A DNA stretch of 64,000 bases, taken from NCBI GenBank assembly GCA_965202625.1, contig CBDBBI010000010.1:2112001-2176000 (forward strand), given 5' to 3'. This DNA comes from a bacterium. Lineage in GTDB: Bacteria; UBA8248. A model generated the notes under the pieces. The model saw nothing but the letters and a program-made list of their open reading frames with translations. It made no database searches and had not been told where the DNA came from. Each line of letters starts with the position of its first letter. Positions within the stretch are counted from its first letter, which is position 1. The position numbers were made by a program, and so were the translations under genes. Positions 39,840-48,087 of this stretch are shown here, one piece after another.

Positions 39840-40742
39840 GTGGTTGAGAACATGACGATTACGAAAGTGGACGGATACGCCTATTATCCCCAAAGCAGGG
39901 GGCGTATTGAGGCGATGCGGCAGGCCGACCCCGCCAGAACGCCCTGGACGCCGCTGCCCCGACCGCTCGCCGAATGCCGGGTCACCCTCGTCTCCACGGC
40001 GGGCATATTCATGAAGGGGGACGTCTCCTTCGATTACGCGCGCGAATGGCGAGAGCCGCACTGGGGGGATCCCACCCACCGGGAGATTCCGAAATCGGCC
40101 GGCCAGGACGATTGCGAATACTCCCATCTGCACGTCAACACCGAATATCTGAAAGCGGACAGGAACGTGGCGTTTCCGGTGGACGTTTTTCTGGACTACG
40201 AGCGGGAGGGCAGGATCGGCACCCTCGCCGACACGCTGTATTCCACCATGGGCTACACGCCCAACTTCCATCCCCTGATCAAGAAGACGGCCCCCCTCAT
40301 GGCGGAGAAGATGCGCTCTGAGGGCGTGGATGCGGCGTTTTTGTTTCCCGTCTGACCGCTTTGCATGCGGTCCGTGAGCCTGCTGCAAAGAAAGCTGGAA
40401 GAGCTGGGAATCGCCACCATCTCGATATGCAACCAGCCCGCCGTCTCCGAGAAGGTCTGCGTACCGAGGGCGGCGTTCATTCAGTATCCCTTCGGACGGA
40501 TTCTGGGAGACGTGGGCGACAGGGCGGGCCAGCGCGCGGTGTGCGACGACGTGTGCGCACACCTGGAAGCCGCACGGGGGCCCAACGCCTATCGCCACCT
40601 GCCCCATGCGTGGCATGAGCCGCCCGAAGAGGCGCAGTGGAAGCCCCTGCAGCCCGCCCCCATGCACGTGCTGAGAAACAAGGGAACGGCGCCCAAAGGC
40701 CTCGCGCATTACCAGGACGACGAGCGGCCGGATTTGGCCTAG
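39840..40742 (+). CDS. GrdB/PrdB-like reductase subunit, probable selenoprotein (UGA at 40353-40355)
   Basis: PL.ECRV.LVSTAG, GDP.HREIP, D.NVAFP. Reading through gives FLFPV-U-PLC-MRSVSLLQRKLEELGIAT, joining two track ORFs in one frame. Start may be ATG 39852. Confidence 0.85.
40359..40390 (+). promoter_or_regulatory. SECIS-like hairpin
   Basis: CTTTGCA...TGCAAAG stem starting 3 nt after the UGA, with a GC upper stem and a small G-containing loop. Confidence 0.65.
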
Positions 40743-41074
40743 AACAGCCGCCCGCCGATGCGCGGGTTTTTCGCATCGGGAGATAAGAGCACCACCTCGC
40801 CCCGCGCGTTCGGGACGCCGAGCGTCAGCACCTCGGAGACGAAGGGGCCGATTTGTCTCGGCGGAAAGTTCACCACTCCGAGCACGAGCTTCCCCCTGAG
40901 CGCCTCCTTCTCGTAGAGGGCGACGATCTGCGCGGAGGATTTCTTCACGCCCACCTCCTCGCCGAAATCGATCCGGAGCTTGTAGGCGGGCTTTCGCGCC
41001 TCGGGAAAATCCTCCGCCTCGATGATGCGTCCCACGCGGACGTCGAGCTTCTCAAAATCCTCCATCGTCGCCAC
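40739..41074 (-). CDS. csaA: tRNA-binding protein / chaperone CsaA
   Basis: ARKPAYKL.IDFG, KSSAQI, VNFPPRQIGPFVSEVL. Confidence 0.92.
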   Translation of the reverse strand: MATMEDFEKLDVRVGRIIEAEDFPEARKPAYKLRIDFGEEVGVKKSSAQIVALYEKEALRGKLVLGVVNFPPRQIGPFVSEVLTLGVPNARGEVVLLSPDAKNPRIGGRLF

Positions 41075-41115
41075 CTGGTCTCTCTCCTCCTCTGGTTCTG
41101 CGCTGCCCTTGGTAT

Positions 41116-42003
41116 TTACGCCTCGTCAATCGATTCGCCCTCGGTTTTCTCCATCTCCAGAATCTCCGCGCGCAGCAGCGTCGTCACGGGGCCGGGGGCG
41201 GGTATGGGGCGCGCGTCGACCTCCTGCACCGCGCACACCCGGCTGAACGATGAGGTGAGAAAGCACTCGTCCGCCGTGTAGAGGTCATAGAGCGTGAGGT
41301 CCGCCTCAGAGGCGGGAATCCCCTCGCGCGCGGCGATCTCCATCACCGCCCTTCGGGTGATGCCGTCGAGGGCGTTGTGGACGTGGGGCGTTTTCAGGGC
41401 GCCGTCCTTCACGAGAAAAACGTTCTCGCCTGGTGCCTCCGCCACGAAGCCGCCCGCGTCCAGAAGAATCGCCTCGTCATATCCCGCCTCCACGGCCTCG
41501 ATACGCGCCATCACGTTGTTGAGATAATTGAGCGACTTCACGCGCGCCTCCAGGGATGCGGACGGCACCTTGCGCACCGCCGCCGTCTTGAGGCGCAGCC
41601 CCGCACCCTTCGCGCGATAGCTCGCGCCCGTCTCGGGCGGCGGGGCGGGTGGGTGCAGCAGCACGGCGAGCGTCGCTTCTCCCGTCACCCTCGGATCGAG
41701 CAGGGGGTAGCCCGCTCCCCTGGAGACGACGAGGCGCAGATACACCTCGTCCACGCCCGACCTGCGCGCGCATTCCTTGACGATGTGCGCGATTCTCTCC
41801 CGGGGTTCGGGAAGGTCGATTTTGAGTGCGCGCGCGGAGTGTTCCATGCGGTCGAGATGCTCCCGGAAGCGGAAGATGCGCCGCCCCCTCAGCGTCATGG
41901 ATTCAAAGAGGCCGTCCCCGTAGAGAAACCCGTGATCAAAGGCGGAGACGCGCGCCTCGGAGGCGGGGACGTATGCGCCGTTCACGTAGCAGACGAGGGA
42001 CAT
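41116..42003 (-). CDS. class IV aminotransferase (IlvE-like)
   Basis: DHGFLYGDGLFE, KSLNY, LDGITR, ADECFLT. Confidence 0.92.
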   Translation of the reverse strand: MSLVCYVNGAYVPASEARVSAFDHGFLYGDGLFESMTLRGRRIFRFREHLDRMEHSARALKIDLPEPRERIAHIVKECARRSGVDEVYLRLVVSRGAGYPLLDPRVTGEATLAVLLHPPAPPPETGASYRAKGAGLRLKTAAVRKVPSASLEARVKSLNYLNNVMARIEAVEAGYDEAILLDAGGFVAEAPGENVFLVKDGALKTPHVHNALDGITRRAVMEIAAREGIPASEADLTLYDLYTADECFLTSSFSRVCAVQEVDARPIPAPGPVTTLLRAEILEMEKTEGESIDEA

Positions 42004-42014
42004 GGAGGTGCTCT

Positions 42015-42758
42015 CTAGATCGCGCACCAGCCGTCATCGACGATGAGGTCGAGGCCGTGTACCGCACTGGCGTCCTCGGAGGCGAGGAACACCGCCGCAC
42101 CCGCCATCTCGGCCGTCGATATGTAGGCCCGGCCCGTGGGGGTGTAGCTCGCCATGCGCTTCACGAACTCCGGGTCGTCCTGTAGGTGCTGGTTGAGGGG
42201 CGTGGCCGTGTTGCCCGGCGAGATGGAGTTCACGTTGATGCCGCACTTCGATATCTCCGCCGCAAGTGCGCGGGTGAGCATATAGACTCCGCCCTTGCTC
42301 GCACAGTAGGGCACCGCGTTGGGAAAGGCGTGGGTGGCGGCGATGGAGGCGACGAAGATGATCTTGCCGGCTTTCTTCTCCTTCATGATGGGCACGACCG
42401 CCTGGGCGAGCAGAAAGTTGCCCTTGAGGTTGACGTCGATGACGTCGTCCCATTCCTCCTCGGAATATCCCTCCAGCTCCTTGTTGATCATGATGCCCGC
42501 GTTTCCGACCAGGACGTCCACCGTCCCGAAGGCGGCCACCACGTCCGCCACCATCTCCTCCACGGCCGCCTTGCGGGATACGTCGCACGGAAACGCCCTG
42601 GCCGCCTCGCCGATCTCGGAGGCGAGGGCTTCTCCTTTCTCCGCAGTGCGGTTCACGATGGCCACGCGCGCACCCTCCTCCGCATAGCGGCGGCAGATGG
42701 CCGCACCGATTCCCTGCGAGCCGCCGGTGACGACAGCGACTTTCTCCTTCAGCCTCAT
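42015..42758 (-). CDS. SDR family oxidoreductase
   Basis: TGGSQGIG, NAG, YCASK. Confidence 0.93.
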   Translation of the reverse strand: MRLKEKVAVVTGGSQGIGAAICRRYAEEGARVAIVNRTAEKGEALASEIGEAARAFPCDVSRKAAVEEMVADVVAAFGTVDVLVGNAGIMINKELEGYSEEEWDDVIDVNLKGNFLLAQAVVPIMKEKKAGKIIFVASIAATHAFPNAVPYCASKGGVYMLTRALAAEISKCGINVNSISPGNTATPLNQHLQDDPEFVKRMASYTPTGRAYISTAEMAGAAVFLASEDASAVHGLDLIVDDGWCAI

Positions 42759-43105
42759 GGGCGTCTCCTCCCCTCGGGGCGTTCGGGCTTTTCTGAAAGC
42801 GAAAAATCTCCCGCCTGATGCAGTGTGCCGCACATGATACCCCCCTTTGGCCGTGAGGGGAAGGGGGAGGGAATTGCCCCGTTCTGTCTCGTGCTCGCCG
42901 CCCGGCATGGCATCTCCGGAGAACCTATTCCTTGTAAATGTCCCCTTAAAGGGCTTTATCCAGTCGATACGCCTTAAAATACTCCGATATTTAGGGTTAT
43001 TTTGCTCCGAAATTTCTATTGCGACCTCAATATATGGAGACTATATTTTTATGGATATCGGAAGCGTGAAGTTTGAGAGGTTCTCATTCATATTTGGAGG
43101 CTGCG

Positions 43106-44089
43106 ATGCGAATAGACCCGGAAACACTGAAGAAGCTGCGCAAGGCGAGGGGGCTCAGCCAGGAGATGCTGGCGGACGTATCGAGAGTCTCCAAGAAAAC
43201 CATCGCCAGAATAGAGACGGGAAAGGGGGGCGAGACGCGCGGAGGCACCGCCAAGGAGCTTGCCAAGGCCCTGAGCGTCAAGATCGAAGTCCTGACCGGA
43301 GAGCCTGGGACTGCGCACGGAAACATGGCGGAGGAGAGCTCCGACTTCCTGGCCGGGGAAGGCGTCTCCAGTCGAATTTTAGGCACCGCGTTCTATCGCC
43401 ACAGGATTACCCTCAGTGGCGAAGCTCTGCTCGCCTATGACCTGGTGAGGGAGCATTACCGCGTGGACATGCTGTCGCTCGTTCATGCGGCACCACTGCT
43501 CTTCACCCTTCTGGCGGAGATGAGCCTCGCCGACCGCCGCCGCCGAGCCGATGAAGTGAACGCAGCCTTGGAAGGAAAATTCCCGGAACACCTAGCACCC
43601 CTGAATTTGCATCATCTCTGGGATGAGTTGGTCTTCATCTCCTGGCGGGATATTTTTGCCCGTAATGTAGGAGATCCTGAATATAATGAAATGTTCGATG
43701 ATTGCTATCGAAACGAAGAGTATTTTGAAGAAAGGCGCAACCCTTTCTCCGATTTTTTGGGCCGGCTGGCGAAGGATATGGGCCCCCAGAACGACGCGAT
43801 TGATCCTGAGAAGATACATTTCGATGTGGAAGGGAGCGGATTCCTCCACAAGTTCTCTCTTTTCAATAAATTCCGGGAAAAACTCACGGGCGGTTCCTCT
43901 CGCGCCGACTGCGCCCTTGATGGCGGATATGCGCGCATCAGGAATATTCCCAGAGAGCTCATGCCCCCGCGGAGAGCAGACGAGGAAGACGAGGCCGCCG
44001 CCGCGCGCGTGAAGTGGCTGGAGGAGCGCATTCCGGACGAGGACTGGGAGGAGTATCAAACTCATAGGCTGGTCAAAATCGAATTCTAG
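43106..44089 (+). CDS. XRE-family HTH protein with a long unknown C-terminal region
   Basis: LKKLRKARGLSQEMLA...IARIETG...LAKAL; GGAGG RBS. Confidence 0.85.
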   Translation: MRIDPETLKKLRKARGLSQEMLADVSRVSKKTIARIETGKGGETRGGTAKELAKALSVKIEVLTGEPGTAHGNMAEESSDFLAGEGVSSRILGTAFYRHRITLSGEALLAYDLVREHYRVDMLSLVHAAPLLFTLLAEMSLADRRRRADEVNAALEGKFPEHLAPLNLHHLWDELVFISWRDIFARNVGDPEYNEMFDDCYRNEEYFEERRNPFSDFLGRLAKDMGPQNDAIDPEKIHFDVEGSGFLHKFSLFNKFREKLTGGSSRADCALDGGYARIRNIPRELMPPRRADEEDEAAAARVKWLEERIPDEDWEEYQTHRLVKIEF

Positions 44090-44116
44090 CAAATCTAAAT
44101 GAGGGAGGAAGCGAGA

Positions 44117-44458
44117 ATGCGTAAATTCCACCTGAACGTGACCAAACACGCCGAGGCGCGCATGAGTCAGCGAGGGGTGCGAAATAAGGGCGTCGCGTTG
44201 GTCTATCAACACGGGACGCAGATCGGCCCCTCCGAGTGGTTCATGAAACGCTCTGACGCTGCGCGTGAAATCCGGCAGCTGGAGCGCGACTTGGGGAGCG
44301 GGAACCAGCGATTCGAACCCGCTCTGAAGCGTAAGGTGCAGCGGCTTGAGCGTCTGAGGGGTCTCCAGGTCGTCGTTCAAGGCGACGCTTTGCTCACCTG
44401 CTATCGACCAAGCGAAGCGCATCAGCGTCGAGTGCGTCGCAGGGGGAGGAATACCTGA
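44117..44458 (+). CDS. DUF4258-like small protein, copy A1
   Basis: TKHAEARMSQRGV...LQVVV.GD.L.TC. Confidence 0.72.
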   Translation: MRKFHLNVTKHAEARMSQRGVRNKGVALVYQHGTQIGPSEWFMKRSDAAREIRQLERDLGSGNQRFEPALKRKVQRLERLRGLQVVVQGDALLTCYRPSEAHQRRVRRRGRNT

Positions 44459-45072
44459 TGTCTCCATTCCGCACGATTGAAATTGATTTCGACGTCCACA
44501 AAGCGATTGAGGCTCGACAAAATTTTGCCGATTCGCCGAATGATGTCTTGCGTCGTCTTTTGAGAATTGAAGATCGCGGTAGAGAAGCGCTGTCGGGCAA
44601 AGGCTTGACAGGGCGGGGGCCTTCTGAAAATTCCACAATCAGGAGGAGGGCGAACGATAAGCGCCGACCTGCGGGGAGCGCAAGTAAAAGAAAAAAAAGG
44701 CGCGTTAAAAAAAAGGGCGGTAGATATGCGGGCGGTGACGTAATTAGGGGCCAATTCCTGCATGTCCGCGCGAAACATCGTTTCGTTGAAGAAATGTCTC
44801 CGAGGGATGGGCTATCGTGGTGGGGCAAAGGAGGCTTGGAATTGCCCCATGGAACGAAGTTGCAGATGAGATATAACGGTCGCAAGTATACCGGCGTCAT
44901 CCATAATGGGGATTGGTTGGTGGAGGGCAGAGTGTATAAAAGTCCGTCACACGCAGCCGGTGGCGTTGCCGTCACTAAGAATGGGGGGAAAACTTCTCTT
45001 GACGGCTGGAGGTACTGGGAGGTTAAGCGCCCTTCTGATGAAAATTGGATTCCCATTGAAAAATTCCGCTAG
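44458..45072 (+). CDS. RAMA-domain protein with N-terminal ribbon-helix-like segment (B1)
   Basis: TIEIDFDV...SPNDVLRRLL at the N-terminus; SPS.AA.....DGWRYW at the C-terminus. Confidence 0.75.
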   Translation: MSPFRTIEIDFDVHKAIEARQNFADSPNDVLRRLLRIEDRGREALSGKGLTGRGPSENSTIRRRANDKRRPAGSASKRKKRRVKKKGGRYAGGDVIRGQFLHVRAKHRFVEEMSPRDGLSWWGKGGLELPHGTKLQMRYNGRKYTGVIHNGDWLVEGRVYKSPSHAAGGVAVTKNGGKTSLDGWRYWEVKRPSDENWIPIEKFR

Positions 45073-45626
45073 TCAGATGAGGACAAAAAAGTTCTTGGTA
45101 ATTCGTCCAACAAGGGAGGAATAGCGAATGTTGAAATTCCACCTGAACTTGACCGACCACGCCGAGGCGCGCATGAGCCAGCGAGGGGTGCGAAATAAAG
45201 ACGTCGCGTTGGTCTATCAACACGGGACGCAGATCGGCCCCTCCGAGTGGTTCATGAAAGACTCTGACGCTGCGCGTGAAATGGAAGGACGCCCTCCTGA
45301 GAGGGATGGGCGATCGTGGTGGGGGGAAGGCGTGGAGTTGCCCCATGGAACGAAGTTGCGGATGAAATACGGCCCTTGCGAGTATACCGGCGTCATCCAT
45401 AATGGCCATTGGTTGGTGGAGGGCAGAGAGTATGGAAGTCCGTCAGGCGCAGCCGGTGGTGTTGCCGTCACCAAGAAGGGGCAGAAAACTCATCTTGATG
45501 GCTGGATTTATTGGGAAGTGAAGCGCCCTTTTGACCAAGGTTGGGTTGTCATAAACAGATTGCGCTAGCCGGATGAGGACAAAAAAGTTCTTGGTAATTC
45601 GCCAAACTAGGGAGGAAGCGAGAATG
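45067..45626 (+). repeat. duplicated ~64-bp intergenic unit (45067-45130 and 45563-45626)
   Basis: CGCTAG..GATGAGGACAAAAAAGTTCTTGGTAATTCG...AGGGAGGAA..ATG occurs twice. Confidence 0.88.
45128..45568 (+). CDS. chimera of DUF4258-like N-half and RAMA domain (A2'/B2)
   Basis: First ~53 aa match A1/A3; the remainder matches the B1 C-terminus. Confidence 0.78.
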   Translation: MLKFHLNLTDHAEARMSQRGVRNKDVALVYQHGTQIGPSEWFMKDSDAAREMEGRPPERDGRSWWGEGVELPHGTKLRMKYGPCEYTGVIHNGHWLVEGREYGSPSGAAGGVAVTKKGQKTHLDGWIYWEVKRPFDQGWVVINRLR

Positions 45627-45992
45627 CGTAAATTCCACCTGAACGTGACCGAACACGCCGAGACGCGCATGAGCCAGCGAGGGGTGCGAGAGGAGGACGT
45701 CAAGTTGGTCTTGGATTACGGGACGCAGATCGGCCCCTCCGAGTGGTTCATGAAAGACTCCGACGTTGCGCGTGAAATGGAAAACATAAAGCGCGTGTTC
45801 CAGCAGCTGGAGGGCGACTTGGGGAGCGGGAAGCAGCTATTGGAACGCGCCCTGAAACGTAAAGCCCAACGGCTTGAGCGTCTGAGGGGTCTCCAGGTCG
45901 TCGTTGAAGGGGATGATATGATCACCTGCCTTCGACCAAGCGAGGCGCATCTGCGTCGCGTGCGCCGGGCGGGAAGGAGGCACCGCAGATGA
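45624..45992 (+). CDS. DUF4258-like small protein, copy A3
   Basis: TEHAETRMSQRGV; paralog of A1 with a short in-frame insertion. Confidence 0.72.
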   Translation: MRKFHLNVTEHAETRMSQRGVREEDVKLVLDYGTQIGPSEWFMKDSDVAREMENIKRVFQQLEGDLGSGKQLLERALKRKAQRLERLRGLQVVVEGDDMITCLRPSEAHLRRVRRAGRRHRR

Positions 45993-46273
45993 GCGGCGAG
46001 AGCACCGCGCCCGCGCCCGCCCTCACGCGCGAGGATCTGCCTTGCGCGGCTTTTGCAACGCCCTTTCAGCACCCTTGCATGGCCGTTTCCGAGCCGTTTA
46101 CGCCCCGAAAAACGGTCTTTATTCAGGGCGTTTCGCAATGACTTTTGTCCGGCTATATGTATGGGGGGTTCTGTGCGCCTCGGAGGCAATGGCGATGGCG
46201 GGGAGGGTGCGGAACGGCGAGGGGAGGGGGCGTTCCCGATTCCGGCGCAACCGCTCCCTCGGGCGTGTTGGAC

Positions 46274-48076
46274 TTATCCTCCGCGCAGCTCGGCGCGCCG
46301 CCGCGCGGTTTTCTCCTCGTCCACCTCGCCGCGCCCATCAATGGCGACGCCATAGACCGCATACGCCCGCTCTTTTGTGATCCACCGCTCCTCCACGTCC
46401 TCGCGCACCTTCTCGACGGGACGCTCGCCCGGCGGGCCGTAGCCGCCCCCGCCCGTGCAGTAGGAGGCCACGTTCTCTCCGGGCTTGAGAACGACGTCCG
46501 CACAGGCGGGCAAATCCTCCAGGCGTCCGTCCGCGCGCATGAGGTAGTTTCTGCATACCGCCCCGTTCATGCCGCCGCGCGTTCCCTGGGAGGCGTTTAT
46601 CGCCCCGTCCGACACGTAGAGGACTTCCAGGTCCCCTCCGCCCACGGGGCCGTATTCGCAATAGCCCGAAGGGGCACCCGTCGTCCGGCCCGCCCCCTCG
46701 GTGTCGGGGACGAGCCTTCTGGTCTTGACGTAGATGGGGAAGTGGAGCTCGTCCAGCTCGATGCTGTCCACGAAGCACATGCCGGCGTTTCCCGCGTGCA
46801 GGATGGTGAGCCAGGCGTCGGTCTTCCCCGCCCCCGCCCCTCCGGTGACCATCAGGAACAGGTGGTTCACGAAGGGTTCGTCGCCGTTTCTGGGGTCGAA
46901 GCCCGATATGACGCCCATCGAGGCGGGGAATATCGGCCCGCACTCCGCCAGCCCGATGCCGTCCTGTATCATCGAGAAGGCACGCTGGACGGGGTTCGTC
47001 ACGCGGTCGGCGAGGTTGGTGGTGGCGACCGACATGGAGGTGGGGTGCCTGCCCCCGCCGGCGACGGAGCCCTCGCGAATGAGGACGCGGATGCGGCGGA
47101 AGCTGCCCGCGTTCGTGGGCACGACGTCGTCGATGCTGTTGAACACGCCGATCATCGCTCCGGTGCGCGCACACGCCTCGCTCAGGTTCAGCCCGCAGGG
47201 CATGGCGTCGGGGTTGTCCCGCAGGTCTACCTCGATGGCGGCGCGCGCGCTGTCCACCCGCACGTGGGCGGTGATGGGAATGCCCTCCTCCGGCGTGCCC
47301 GGCACGGGGTCGTGTGTGCTGTGGGCGGTGGCCTGGCCGGTGGGGAGCTTCCGAATGGCGGAGATCATGCGCTTCTCGCTGTAGTCGAACCACTCCTCCG
47401 TGAAGGTGTGCAGCGTCTCCCAGCCGTATTCCTCGCCCATGGCGAGTACCTCGCGCTCGCCGATGCGCGCAGCACCTATCATCGCCAGGTAGTCGCCGTA
47501 CCATTGCTCGGGTACGCGAATGCGCATCCGGCAGAGGCGGATGAAATCCTGGTTGTCCTCGTAGTTCTCCTGTACCTTGGTGGGCGGGAATATGAGCGCG
47601 CCCTCCTCATACACGTCGCGCGCCCCGCCCATGTAGGTGGTGGGCTGGCTGCATCCGCAATCCGCCTGATGGGCCTTGACCCACACGGTGAACCGGTGCG
47701 TTCCCCGCCCGTCGATGACGGGGACGAGGATGGTGTGATCCGCCGGGTGCGAGCAGCCGTGATAGGGCGAGTTGTGGAGATACGCGTCGCCCCGCTTGAG
47801 GTCGGGGTGCAGGTCCATCATCGAGCGCGCCATCAGGTCCGCCCCGCTCAGGTGGTGGATGGGCAGGGATTCCGCACCCGTGAGCAGCGCGCACTCGCGC
47901 GTCACCACCGAGGTGGAGAAATCGCGCGCGAGGTTCAGAACGCCCGAGCGGCCCGTGCGCAGCAGGGTGTTCGCCATCTTCGCCGTCACGGCGTCGAAGC
48001 GCTTGTGCAGCACGGCCAGGGTGACCGGGTCGAACCCGCTTCTTTTTCCGGAGCGTCTCGTCTTCCCTCTCGCCAT
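46274..48076 (-). CDS. hydantoinase B/oxoprolinase family protein
   Basis: ARDFST, HNSPYHGCSH..D, YEEG, GGGGYGPP.ER. Confidence 0.92.
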   Translation of the reverse strand: MARGKTRRSGKRSGFDPVTLAVLHKRFDAVTAKMANTLLRTGRSGVLNLARDFSTSVVTRECALLTGAESLPIHHLSGADLMARSMMDLHPDLKRGDAYLHNSPYHGCSHPADHTILVPVIDGRGTHRFTVWVKAHQADCGCSQPTTYMGGARDVYEEGALIFPPTKVQENYEDNQDFIRLCRMRIRVPEQWYGDYLAMIGAARIGEREVLAMGEEYGWETLHTFTEEWFDYSEKRMISAIRKLPTGQATAHSTHDPVPGTPEEGIPITAHVRVDSARAAIEVDLRDNPDAMPCGLNLSEACARTGAMIGVFNSIDDVVPTNAGSFRRIRVLIREGSVAGGGRHPTSMSVATTNLADRVTNPVQRAFSMIQDGIGLAECGPIFPASMGVISGFDPRNGDEPFVNHLFLMVTGGAGAGKTDAWLTILHAGNAGMCFVDSIELDELHFPIYVKTRRLVPDTEGAGRTTGAPSGYCEYGPVGGGDLEVLYVSDGAINASQGTRGGMNGAVCRNYLMRADGRLEDLPACADVVLKPGENVASYCTGGGGYGPPGERPVEKVREDVEERWITKERAYAVYGVAIDGRGEVDEEKTARRRAELRGG

Positions 48077-48087
48077 GTCGCTGACTC

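Noticed and set aside
40353-40355. In-frame TGAs at 40353 and 62695 as nonsense mutations (pseudogenes)
   Set aside because: Both fall exactly at UxxC motifs of known Sec-containing families and are followed by hairpins, so recoding is the better explanation.
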